Source of the DNA: an uncultured Desulfospira sp.
Lineage (GTDB): Bacteria; Desulfobacterota; Desulfobacteria; Desulfobacterales; Desulfobacteraceae
Reading direction: 5' to 3'
DNA: 64,000 nucleotides
Assembly: GCA_963663165.1 (NCBI GenBank)
Contig: OY760175.1
Span: 4,384,001 to 4,448,000, forward strand
Shown here: piece by piece, positions 10,510 through 19,620 of the stretch
How positions within the stretch are numbered: the stretch's first letter is position 1
Layout of the letters: each line of letters starts with the position of its first letter
The notes under the pieces: generated by a model
The model's input: only the letters and a program-made list of their open reading frames with translations
Databases searched by the model: none
Told to the model about the DNA's origin: nothing
Program-made: the position numbers and the translations under genes

Positions 10510-11472
10510 TTGAAAATGAATAAGACCGACCTCAGATTGATAGCGGAACTCCAGGCGGATGGCAGCGCCAGCTATGCTGATCTTGCCGCCAAGCTAAATA
10601 TCACGCCAAAGACGGTTGCCGTAAGGATCGGCCGTCTCATTAAATCCAAAGTCATAACGGTCAGGGCTCAGCCAAATCCTTATAAATTGGGGCTTTTTGC
10701 CAATGCTGTCATCGCCATAAAGGTTGATCGTTCCAAAATCAAAGATATCTGCGAGCATTTGAGCGGACATTTTTTTGTTAACCTGGTCCAGACGGTTTTC
10801 GGCCGCTTCGATATTATGATCAGCGTATATTTCCCGAGCTGGGAGTTGTTACATCAGTTTATACATGAAGAACTCTATGCGATTGCCGGCATCAAGAAAG
10901 TTGAGTTCTATATCGTCAGGGATGTTTTAAAGCGCTACGATCAATTTTTTCAGAAAGAACCTTTTTCCAATGGCCATACGAAACTGACAGATACAGACTG
11001 GATTCTGATCTGGGAGCTGGCAAAAAACGGCCGTGCAAACACCGTTAAGCTGGCCGAAAAAATGGGGGTTCATGTCACCACGTTGTACAAGCGGATAAAC
11101 GCTTTGTGCAAAAGTGAAATCATAAAAATCATCGCGGTGCCGACTCCCTCCAGATCGGACGTATCTTCAAGTGCCTATATCATGCTGGATGCAGAACCCC
11201 TGGAATTGAATAATATCTGCAACAGCCTCTATCCCCTCCCTGAAGTCCATTTTATTATGACCCTGAACTACAGATCCGGCGCAGTTGTTTGCATTCATGC
11301 AAAAAATACCGAAACCCTTTATGAGTTTATTACAGAACAAATTTCGCCTTTGAAAGGGCTCATTGACTGCGAGACAATTATAAGGGCAATGGTTCAAAAG
11401 ACCTATTATTGGTCGATGAAACCGGATGAACCTGAAAAGACAGGAACTCCCCTTTCACCAGCCAAGATATGA
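10510..11472 (+). CDS. Lrp/AsnC-family regulator with two tandem HTH-AsnC units
   Basis: Two repeats, DLRLIAELQADGSASYADLA and DWILIWELAKNGRANTVKLA, each followed by a ligand-binding domain. Confidence 0.85.
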   Translation: MKMNKTDLRLIAELQADGSASYADLAAKLNITPKTVAVRIGRLIKSKVITVRAQPNPYKLGLFANAVIAIKVDRSKIKDICEHLSGHFFVNLVQTVFGRFDIMISVYFPSWELLHQFIHEELYAIAGIKKVEFYIVRDVLKRYDQFFQKEPFSNGHTKLTDTDWILIWELAKNGRANTVKLAEKMGVHVTTLYKRINALCKSEIIKIIAVPTPSRSDVSSSAYIMLDAEPLELNNICNSLYPLPEVHFIMTLNYRSGAVVCIHAKNTETLYEFITEQISPLKGLIDCETIIRAMVQKTYYWSMKPDEPEKTGTPLSPAKI

Positions 11473-11633
11473 ACCGTTTACGCTGGCCGTTGAAAATAAT
11501 CCCGGTGAGATCTTCATAATACCCAGCAGCGTTATATGTTTTTTGGCTCCGGATGGGAGAAATTAATGGATTGTCCTTATGTTTAAAATGATTTACTGTG
11601 CTGGCAATTCAAACCGTCAAAGCCTTTATTGAT

Positions 11634-12884
11634 ATGAATGAAATGAAACACTTTTACGGGTGGTGGATCGTCTTTGCCGGAACCGCTATTTTATTGGTTG
11701 CCAATGGAATCGGCTTTTACGGCCACAGTGTCATTTTAGATCCCCTTTGTGAGCAGCATGCCTGGTCCAAGGGAACGGTATCGGCTGCCATCACCCTGTT
11801 TTTTTTCACCAACGGCCTGGCCGCCCTGTTTATGGGGCAATGGGTGGACAAATACGGTCCCAAGCGATTTCTGGTACTCGGCGCATTGTTTTTTAGCGCC
11901 GGGCTCATGGCGTTGACAAAGGTTCAAACCCTGCCCCAGTTGTTTGTGGTTTATTTTATATTGGCCATAGGATTCTGTGCCACGGCCCTGGTCCCTGTCA
12001 ACACACTGATTACAAACTGGTTTGTCCGAAAAAGGGGGCTGGCAATGAGTATTGTCGGCAATGGGCTGAGCATCGGCGGGATGGTGATGGTTCCGCTGGC
12101 CAGTTTTTTTATCCTGAACCTTGGGTTGAACAAAGCCCTTGGCACCCTGTCGTTGATCTATGTCCTGGTTATCGTCCCGGTCACCCTCATATTCATCAAG
12201 CAGCGGCCATCGGATATCGGCCAGTTCCCGGACGGCGACACCCCGGATGGGCCTACCGGCCAACCCCGTGTAACATCAGAAGTTCAGCTGGCAAAATGGA
12301 CCCGCCGCCAGGCGGCAAAAACCGTTGCGTTCTGGTCTATTTCCCTGACTTTCATGCTGGCGCTTGGCTGCCAGATTGCCTACCTGGTCCACCAGGTGTC
12401 GTTTCTGTCCCAATACCTGGGAGCCCAGCAGGCGGCCGCCACGGTGAGCATCACCACCGGGGCCAGCATTTTGGGACGGATGGTCCTTGGTATTTTTGTG
12501 GACCGCCTGGACAACCGGATGGTCACCATGGCCTGTGCCATCCTTCAAGGCTTGGCCATCATGACTTTGGCCTTCAGCCACCATGTGGCGGTCCTTTATC
12601 TTTGTGCCTTTGTTTTTGGACTGACCATGGGATCAATTTTGATGATGATGTCTCTGCTTACGGCAGAGTGTTTCGGCATCCCCTCTTTTGCCACCCTGTT
12701 CGGGACCATCTGGTTTATCACAATGCCCGGAGCAGCCTTCGGACCGAGCATTGCCGGCCTGATTTTTGATGCCACCCGGAGTTATACAACATCATTTTTG
12801 TTGTTTGCCCTGGCCAGTTTTCTTTCGGCCGGGATTGTCTGTTTTGCTAAACCGCCGGCGGGGCAGGGCCCGCTCCAACCCTAA
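11634..12884 (+). CDS. MFS transporter (OFA/MCT-like)
   Basis: About 12 TM segments; FYGWWIV, VDKYGPK and WFVRKRGLA; start refined to ATG 11634. Confidence 0.88.
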   Translation: MNEMKHFYGWWIVFAGTAILLVANGIGFYGHSVILDPLCEQHAWSKGTVSAAITLFFFTNGLAALFMGQWVDKYGPKRFLVLGALFFSAGLMALTKVQTLPQLFVVYFILAIGFCATALVPVNTLITNWFVRKRGLAMSIVGNGLSIGGMVMVPLASFFILNLGLNKALGTLSLIYVLVIVPVTLIFIKQRPSDIGQFPDGDTPDGPTGQPRVTSEVQLAKWTRRQAAKTVAFWSISLTFMLALGCQIAYLVHQVSFLSQYLGAQQAAATVSITTGASILGRMVLGIFVDRLDNRMVTMACAILQGLAIMTLAFSHHVAVLYLCAFVFGLTMGSILMMMSLLTAECFGIPSFATLFGTIWFITMPGAAFGPSIAGLIFDATRSYTTSFLLFALASFLSAGIVCFAKPPAGQGPLQP

Positions 12885-12974
12885 CGCTCAAACCAGGGAA
12901 CTTGACGGTTTCGGTCTCCGGTCTGCTTTTCTCCGGCTTCCTTTTTTTACATTGGTACCTTGCAGGAAACAGAT

Positions 12975-13023
12975 ATCGTGAGTGTGTGTGAGCCGTATAG
13001 GCGAGCTCACACACACTCACGAT
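12975..13023. terminator. 19-bp perfect hairpin between convergent genes
   Basis: ATCGTGAGTGTGTGTGAGC / GCTCACACACACTCACGAT. Confidence 0.55.
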
Positions 13024-13065
13024 TCTGCCAAATCAAAATTGAGGCGGGAGGAAAGGGCCTTTCCG

Positions 13066-13737
13066 TCAGGCAGGGCCTTTGAAATTGCCGGTCTCCACCC
13101 AGATGACCGCGTACCGGACCAGTTCATTGGCGGTTTTCAGGCTGAGTTTGTCCTTGATCCGTTCCCGATAGGTGCCCACGGTTTTGATGCTGACATTGAG
13201 CTGAATGGCAATTTCTTTGGAGGTCATGCCAAGGCCGATGAGTTTGAAGATTTCAAGTTCCCGGTCCGACATCCGCTTGAGGGGGAATTCGTGGACATCT
13301 TTGGGCCGGTTCCGGAACAGGTCAAGGATATGGCCCATGATGGCGGGGCTGACATGGATGCCGCCGTTCATGATCTGCCGGACCGCCGACACAACCGACT
13401 CAGAGGCTTCCTGCTTCATCATATACCCCCTGGCCCCGGCCAGGATACACCGTTCGGCATGAAGGGCTTCGTCGTGCATGGACAGCACCAGGCAGGCCAC
13501 GGGTTTTTTTAAGGTCTTGATGGCCTTGATCAGGTCCAGGCCGGAACTGTCTTTTAGGGACAGGTCCACGATGGCCAGGTCCGGTGTTAAGGATTCCACC
13601 AGATCCATGGCCTCGTCTACACTTTGGGCATGGCCGCACACGGTCATGTCCGGTTCATTATTGAGCATTTCCTCCAGCCCCATTCTGAAAATGGGGTGGT
13701 CTTCCACAATGATAATTTTGAAGGCGTTTTCTTTCAT
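13066..13737 (-). CDS. NarL/LuxR-family response regulator
   Basis: Receiver domain (VEDHP, VDLSL, LSMH, K) plus LuxR HTH SDRELEIFKLIGLG...SIKTVGTYRERIKDKL. Confidence 0.93.
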   Translation of the reverse strand: MKENAFKIIIVEDHPIFRMGLEEMLNNEPDMTVCGHAQSVDEAMDLVESLTPDLAIVDLSLKDSSGLDLIKAIKTLKKPVACLVLSMHDEALHAERCILAGARGYMMKQEASESVVSAVRQIMNGGIHVSPAIMGHILDLFRNRPKDVHEFPLKRMSDRELEIFKLIGLGMTSKEIAIQLNVSIKTVGTYRERIKDKLSLKTANELVRYAVIWVETGNFKGPA

Positions 13738-13755
13738 CTGTCGCTTCCTGTGGTT

Positions 13756-15966
13756 TCAGGGCCTGTGGGCAAATGCCAGAAAGATTCCGGTTCCCCCCTG
13801 GTCCAGGGATTTAATTTCAAGGGATCCCCCGATCTGGGCTGCCCGGTAGGACATGATTTTAAGGCCCATACCCAGGGCAGTTCCATTGGGGGTGAACCCG
13901 GTGCCGTTGTCGGTCACGGTAAGCATGGCGGTTTCTTTAAGGCCTTCCAGGCAGATCCGTATCCGGCTGGCCCGGGCATGTTTGACGGCATTGTACACGG
14001 CTTCATGGGCAATATAGTATACATGGGCGGCCAGTTCCGGATCTTTAAAGGGGCGGTCCAGGGTCCAGGCAAGCGTGCAGGAAATGTGAAACACCGTGTT
14101 AACATAGGCGGCCAGGTCTTCAAGGGAGACGTCAAGCCCCCGGTCTGCCAGGTTCACCGGGGATATGCCCCTGGATAAGGCCCGGGTCTTTTCCACGGCA
14201 TCCTGAATCAAGGCCCTGATTTTTGAGGTCTTTTCGATTTCCGGGTCAAGGTTTCCGCCAAGGTTTTTCTGATCAATTTTCTGGGCCAGCATCTTGGTCA
14301 TGACCTCAATGCCCATGAGCTGGGGGCAGAGATCATCATGAAGGTCCATGGCGATTTTGCGTCTTTCCCGTTCGCTGACCGTGAGAATCTCCCGTTCCAG
14401 GCGGCTGGATTCCGTGATGTCTTCCATGGCGGCCAGCATGCAGGGCTCGCCCCAGACCATGGCCCGTTCCGTTGAGATAATCCCTTTTTTCTTTTCCCCG
14501 TCAGCGGTTAAAAAATAGATTTCCCGGGGGGGTACCCGTCCCTTTGTCTCGGTATCCTGGAGCAGGGCCCGGCCCTCGCCGCCCGAATTAAACAGCCTTA
14601 TCTGCATGATTTCCCGGCCCATAGTGTCCAGCATGGACCGCTGGGTAAAGGTTAAAAAACTGTCGTTGACGTTGATGATCCGGCCGGTTTTAAGGGAGCA
14701 GATAAACATGCCCGACGGGTTGCTTCTAAAGGCTTTGGAAAACATTTCCTCGGACAGGCGAAGGGCTTTGGTGGTTTGTTCATGTTCCCGGACTTCCGAT
14801 AACAGGTTTTCCTTGTAATCATTGAGTTTGTCCGTGAACCGGTTAAAATATTTGGAAAGCCGTCCGATTTCATCATTTGATAACACCGGCACAGGGGTGT
14901 AAAAATCCCCGGACGGGCCCCGGTCGAACCGGTCAATGAGGGTTTCAAGGGGATGGACCACCAGCCGGTTGATCTTCAAGGATGCGGTAAAGACAAGGGC
15001 ACAGGTAAACAGGACAATGGTCAGAATAACCCGCCGTAAGGTTTTTAAAGGGGCATAGACTTCATCCAGATAGGAGGCCGAGCCCACAATCCAGTCATAC
15101 TCGGGAAGGTAACTGAAAATAACCAGTTTTTCCCGGGCCTGGGTTTCCCCGGGGTTTTTCCAGGTATAGACGGCTTTCCCGCTTTTTTTCTCGCAGATTT
15201 CCCGGGCAAAATAGTTCCCGGAGCTGTCTGTTGAATCCAGAAAATTTCCCGTCATAAAAGGGTGGACAATGAGATTGCCCTTAGTGTCGCTGATGTAGGC
15301 ATATCCGCTCTCTCCGAATTTCAGGCTTGAGATGCTTTTTTTAAAGTCCGAGATATTGATCAGCTCTAAAAACTCGTCCCGGTAGGAGGACACGGCAATG
15401 ATCCAGTCCCAGGGCTTGAAATAGGCCATGTACATGGCTTTGGGTTTAAGTCCGTCATCTTCCGGGTTTTGCCACTGGTATTCAAGGTAACCGGTTTTCA
15501 TTCGGATCATGTCCTGGACAAAGGTGCGCTCAGAATATGTTTTCCCGTTTATCCCGGGATTGGGGTGTTCAATGGCAATGGCGTTTGAATTGGCGCAGAA
15601 TATATACCCGGTTTTCCCAATGACCTGGCTGAACAGGACCTTCCGGCACATGGTCCTGGCCTGTTCTTCGGTCAGGGCACCGGTTTCAAACTCTTTGTAA
15701 ATGCTGTTGACAATGTCCAGATTCTTTTCGGCTACGGCCCGCAGATGATTTTTAATGGAGGTGGCCGTGGCGGTCCGGACCATATTCACGATGGCACTGG
15801 TGGCATTGGTCAGTTCGCTTTCAATCTGGGATTCAACGGCGGCCTTGACCTGGTAATAAATGATGGTGCATCCGAGCAGCACTGCCGCCGCAAACAAAAG
15901 GGTATAGCCGCCCAGGAGTTTGTGCCCCAGGCTCAGGTCTCTGAAGAATTGCGCCAGACTTTTCAT
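13756..15966 (-). CDS. Sensor histidine kinase (Cache-HAMP-PAS-HisKA_3)
   Basis: ERRKIAMDLHDDLCPQL, EAVYNAVKHA, DNGTGF and GMGL; two Cache-like repeats. Confidence 0.9.
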   Translation of the reverse strand: MKSLAQFFRDLSLGHKLLGGYTLLFAAAVLLGCTIIYYQVKAAVESQIESELTNATSAIVNMVRTATATSIKNHLRAVAEKNLDIVNSIYKEFETGALTEEQARTMCRKVLFSQVIGKTGYIFCANSNAIAIEHPNPGINGKTYSERTFVQDMIRMKTGYLEYQWQNPEDDGLKPKAMYMAYFKPWDWIIAVSSYRDEFLELINISDFKKSISSLKFGESGYAYISDTKGNLIVHPFMTGNFLDSTDSSGNYFAREICEKKSGKAVYTWKNPGETQAREKLVIFSYLPEYDWIVGSASYLDEVYAPLKTLRRVILTIVLFTCALVFTASLKINRLVVHPLETLIDRFDRGPSGDFYTPVPVLSNDEIGRLSKYFNRFTDKLNDYKENLLSEVREHEQTTKALRLSEEMFSKAFRSNPSGMFICSLKTGRIINVNDSFLTFTQRSMLDTMGREIMQIRLFNSGGEGRALLQDTETKGRVPPREIYFLTADGEKKKGIISTERAMVWGEPCMLAAMEDITESSRLEREILTVSERERRKIAMDLHDDLCPQLMGIEVMTKMLAQKIDQKNLGGNLDPEIEKTSKIRALIQDAVEKTRALSRGISPVNLADRGLDVSLEDLAAYVNTVFHISCTLAWTLDRPFKDPELAAHVYYIAHEAVYNAVKHARASRIRICLEGLKETAMLTVTDNGTGFTPNGTALGMGLKIMSYRAAQIGGSLEIKSLDQGGTGIFLAFAHRP

Positions 15967-16084
15967 TGCATCGGCAGCCCCAAAAGGTTTGGCCCGCTGT
16001 ACCGGGCGTTGACAAATTTTGTATGATAAAAAAGGGGGCCGATCAACCTATTTGTTCATGTTGTTTGAATGGGGGGCGCCCCTT

Positions 16085-16205
16085 AAAGTTTCTGGTCGGT
16101 TACTTTCCGGCCTGTTTTTAATAAAAAGAGCGAAAAGTCCTATGTCGGAAACTTTTTATTGCGTTTCGCCTGCAAAACAGCTAAAAGTACCCTATCGGAA
16201 ACTTT
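16085..16205. promoter_or_regulatory. Three putative HipB-type operator palindromes
   Basis: AAAGT-N12-ACTTT at 16085-16106, 16134-16155 and 16184-16205, each with TCGG at the same offset. Confidence 0.65.
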
Positions 16206-16220
16206 ACCATTGGTGAACCA

Positions 16221-16451
16221 TTGAAGCCTTCAGTAAAAATTAATAATCCTGATGAATTAGGGCAATACCTGCTAAAGGAACGCAAGCGCCTCAAGCTGAC
16301 CCAGAAAGAGATCTCTGAATTTAGTGATGTCGGCAGAAAATTTATTATAGAGCTTGAAAAAGGCAAAGCAACCGCTCAAGTCGGGAAAGTATTTGAATTG
16401 TTAAACAGCCTCGGTCTTGAACTCCATCTGGTTAAACGTGGAGATCGCTGA
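16221..16451 (+). CDS. hipB: HipB-like XRE antitoxin
   Basis: Short XRE HTH (RKRLKLTQKEISEFSDVGRKFIIELEKGK) directly upstream of a HipA-family gene. Confidence 0.8.
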   Translation: MKPSVKINNPDELGQYLLKERKRLKLTQKEISEFSDVGRKFIIELEKGKATAQVGKVFELLNSLGLELHLVKRGDR

Positions 16452-16453
16452 AT

Positions 16454-17713
16454 TTGGAAGCTTTGAATATATTTTTCGAGCAAACCAGAGTCGGTTCCCT
16501 GGCTATTGATGGCAAGGGAATGTTTTCATTCCAATATGATAGACAATGGCTGACGTCGCCGGATGCGTTTCAAATATCTGTTTCCCTGCCGATGCAGGAA
16601 GATGCTTTTTCTCACGACAAGGCAAAATCATTTTTTTCCAATCTGTTACCTGAATCTGCGGTTAAGACATTCATTGCGAAGAAACTGGGGATCTCAGATA
16701 AAAATGATTTTTTGCTTCTCAAACGGATTGGCGGTGAGTGTGCCGGGGCGATAACTATTCTGCCTGAATCGGAAAGCCCTGAATCTGAAGATCAATATAC
16801 ATATCGTCTCTTATCAGACCGGCAATTAACCGATCTGATAAGGGATATACCCATTCGCCCGCTGCTTGCCGGTGAGGAAGGTATCCGGATATCCCTTGCA
16901 GGGGCACAGGAAAAGCTGGCGCTTTTTTATAAGGAGCCTGACTTTTTTATCCCGGAAAATGGTGCGCCAAGCAATTTCATCTTAAAACCGAATATGGTTC
17001 ATTTTCAGTTTTCCATTGAAAATGAATGTTTTTGTATGATGCTTGCCAATGCCGTTGGTTTGAATGTCCTGCCGGTTCTCATTGCCCGGAAGGCGGATCA
17101 AAAGGTTTTGTTAGTCAAAAGATACGACAGGATATTGGATAATGATATTCTCAAGCGTCTTCACCAGGAAGATTTTTGCCAGGCCATGGGGCTTTCACAT
17201 GAGTTGAAGTATCAGGCAGAGGGCGGCCCCGGGCTGAAAGCATGCTTTGATCTGGTCCGGGCATACTCTGCAAATCCGATAAAAGATTTTCAGCAGCTGA
17301 TGGAATGGGTGTTTTTTAATTATTTAATCGGGAATATGGATGGCCATGCAAAAAATTTGTCGTTTATATATCAGACCGGGCAAATTCGATTGGCTCCTTT
17401 TTATGACATGTTGTGTACGGCCATATATGATAACCTGTCACAGAAACTGGCGATGAAAATCGGAGGGGAAAACAGGCCGGAATGGGTGATGGCAAGGCAT
17501 TGGGAACGGTTTGCCCAAGAGGTAAACATCAATTATCCTGTCCTAAAGAAAAGATTGCTGGATTTTTGCCTTAAGATGACCGGTAAAATTGACACTACCT
17601 ATGTTGATTTTACAGCCAGATATCAGCAGAACAGCCTGGTAGAGGAGATCATAGCTGCTACGAAAAAAAGCGTAAGCAGGACACGTCAACAATTGAGTTC
17701 AACAAAAAAATGA
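16454..17713 (+). CDS. hipA: HipA-family serine/threonine kinase toxin
   Basis: ISLAGAQEK, RLHQEDFCQ, GNMDGHAKN and LAPFYD motifs. Confidence 0.93.
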   Translation: MEALNIFFEQTRVGSLAIDGKGMFSFQYDRQWLTSPDAFQISVSLPMQEDAFSHDKAKSFFSNLLPESAVKTFIAKKLGISDKNDFLLLKRIGGECAGAITILPESESPESEDQYTYRLLSDRQLTDLIRDIPIRPLLAGEEGIRISLAGAQEKLALFYKEPDFFIPENGAPSNFILKPNMVHFQFSIENECFCMMLANAVGLNVLPVLIARKADQKVLLVKRYDRILDNDILKRLHQEDFCQAMGLSHELKYQAEGGPGLKACFDLVRAYSANPIKDFQQLMEWVFFNYLIGNMDGHAKNLSFIYQTGQIRLAPFYDMLCTAIYDNLSQKLAMKIGGENRPEWVMARHWERFAQEVNINYPVLKKRLLDFCLKMTGKIDTTYVDFTARYQQNSLVEEIIAATKKSVSRTRQQLSSTKK

Positions 17714-17805
17714 CCCGGATGATCCGCCGTTGCGTTTGAGCCCCCAGCCTCTGAAAAATTGAGCAGGATTTCTGATTGCATCGTTATGTTGTGTCCGGGC
17801 GAAAA

Positions 17806-19338
17806 TTATATGGGGTTCCGGTCAAAGCTTCGGTATTGGATTGCTTCAGACAGATGTTGGGGCTGGATGGATGTTGAGGCATCCAGGTCGGCAATGGTCC
17901 GGGCCACTTTCAACACTGAATGGCAGGCCCGGGCCGACAAGCCTAGCACCGTGGCGGCCCGTTCCAGGATGGTGCGCCCCTCTTTGTCCAGGCGGCAGTG
18001 CTTTTCCCGGTGCCGGCTTTCCATCCGGCTGTTGGAGAAAATACGGTCTTTTTCAAACCGCCGGGCCTGAATCCGGGCGGATAGTTCCACCCTTTCCCGG
18101 ATGGCGTTGGACGGTTCGGCCTTGTCCTGTGACATGAGTTCCTTGAACGCCACTTTGGGAACCTCGATCTGGATGTCGATGCGGTCCAGAAGCGGTCCGG
18201 ATATTTTGGCCCGGTATTTGTCGATTTGGTGAGTGGTGCAGGTGCATTTTCCCGAGGGGTCGCTTAAATACCCGCAGGGGCAGGGGTTCATGGCGGCGGC
18301 CAGCATAAATTTGCAGGGAAAGACCGCCTTTACTCCGGCCCTGGAAATACTCACCCGGCCGTCTTCTAAGGGCTGCCTTAACACCTCCAGGACATTGCGC
18401 CGAAATTCGGGCAGTTCATCTAAAAATAATATCCCGTTGTGGGCCAGGCTGATTTCTCCGGGGAGCGGCTTGGAGCCGCCGCCCACAAGGCCGGCATCCG
18501 AGATGGTATGGTGGGGGGACCGGAAGGGCCGGCCCTTGATCCCGCCCCGGTGGCTGCCGGCCATGCCCATGACCGAATAAATTTTAGTGACTTCCAGGAT
18601 TTCTTCAAACGAGGGTTTGGGCAGGATGCCGGGCAACCGTTTGGCCAGCATGCTTTTGCCCGATCCCGGGGGACCGGTCATAAGGACATGGTGCTGGCCG
18701 GCGGCGGCGATTTCCAGGGCCCGTTTCACATGGGCCTGGCCCCGGACATCCGAAAAATCCGGGCCGCCTTCCGTCAGGGTAAATTTTTCAAAGGCTTCAG
18801 GGTCCAGGACATGGGGGGCAAGGGGAACATGGCCTGAAAAGTGCTCCATGACCTGGGAAAGCCGGTCTACACAAAGGACCTCAATCCCGTCCACCATGGC
18901 GGCTTCATCGGCATTTTCTTTGGGGATGATTACCCCTTTAAATCCCTGATCCCGGGCGGCAAGGGCCAGGGGCAGGGCGCCCTTGACCGGTTTGACCCGG
19001 CCGTCCAGGGAGAGTTCCCCGGCCATGAGATAGGCGGCCGGGGCATCGCTGGGGATCAGGCCCGAAGCCGTTAAAATCCCCACGGCAACGGGCAGGTCCA
19101 GCCCGGTCCCCTCTTTTTTCACGTCGGCCGGCGCCAGATTGATGGTGACCCGGTCCATGGGAAAGGTATACCCGGAGTTTTTGACCGCCGACCTGACCCG
19201 CTCCCGGCTTTCTTTGACCGCCGCCTCAGCCAGGCCGACAATAGTGAAAACCGGCAGCCCAAAGGCAATATCCACCTCCACCTCCACCACAATGGCGTCA
19301 ATGCCGTTCACGGCGCATGAATTAACTTTTGCGATCAT
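17806..19338 (-). CDS. comM: YifB/ComM Mg-chelatase-like AAA+ ATPase
   Basis: GPPGSGKS, RPFRSPHH, GEISLAHNGILFLDELPEF and NPCPCG; start refined to ATG 19338 after an AAGGA RBS. Confidence 0.93.
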   Translation of the reverse strand: MIAKVNSCAVNGIDAIVVEVEVDIAFGLPVFTIVGLAEAAVKESRERVRSAVKNSGYTFPMDRVTINLAPADVKKEGTGLDLPVAVGILTASGLIPSDAPAAYLMAGELSLDGRVKPVKGALPLALAARDQGFKGVIIPKENADEAAMVDGIEVLCVDRLSQVMEHFSGHVPLAPHVLDPEAFEKFTLTEGGPDFSDVRGQAHVKRALEIAAAGQHHVLMTGPPGSGKSMLAKRLPGILPKPSFEEILEVTKIYSVMGMAGSHRGGIKGRPFRSPHHTISDAGLVGGGSKPLPGEISLAHNGILFLDELPEFRRNVLEVLRQPLEDGRVSISRAGVKAVFPCKFMLAAAMNPCPCGYLSDPSGKCTCTTHQIDKYRAKISGPLLDRIDIQIEVPKVAFKELMSQDKAEPSNAIRERVELSARIQARRFEKDRIFSNSRMESRHREKHCRLDKEGRTILERAATVLGLSARACHSVLKVARTIADLDASTSIQPQHLSEAIQYRSFDRNPI

Positions 19339-19620
19339 GGGGTTCCTTTTGAAGGTCAATGGCAGAAGGGGGACAAAATTTAACCGGTTGCGGGGTTCAG
19401 GCTGTCTAAATCCCTCTTATCTAACTCCCTGACAATCTACCAAAAAAATATGGACAAACCAAAGAAAAAACGCATTTCTTTTGATATTCCGGGGTATGAC
19501 AGTGACGGCCTGTTGACGGCATCGGGAAGTTTTACCATTTCCAGGAACCAGGAGACCGGCCTTCCTGAAACGGTTTTTAACAACGCATTCACCATGAACC
19601 GGACCTTTAACAGCTATGGT
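19018..19620. repeat. Direct repeat copy 1 (comM 5' end, upstream region, RHS start); partner at 35557-36159
   Basis: Aligns at offset 16539; 19018-19271 diverged (roughly 87% identity by hand count), remainder nearly identical. Confidence 0.9.
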
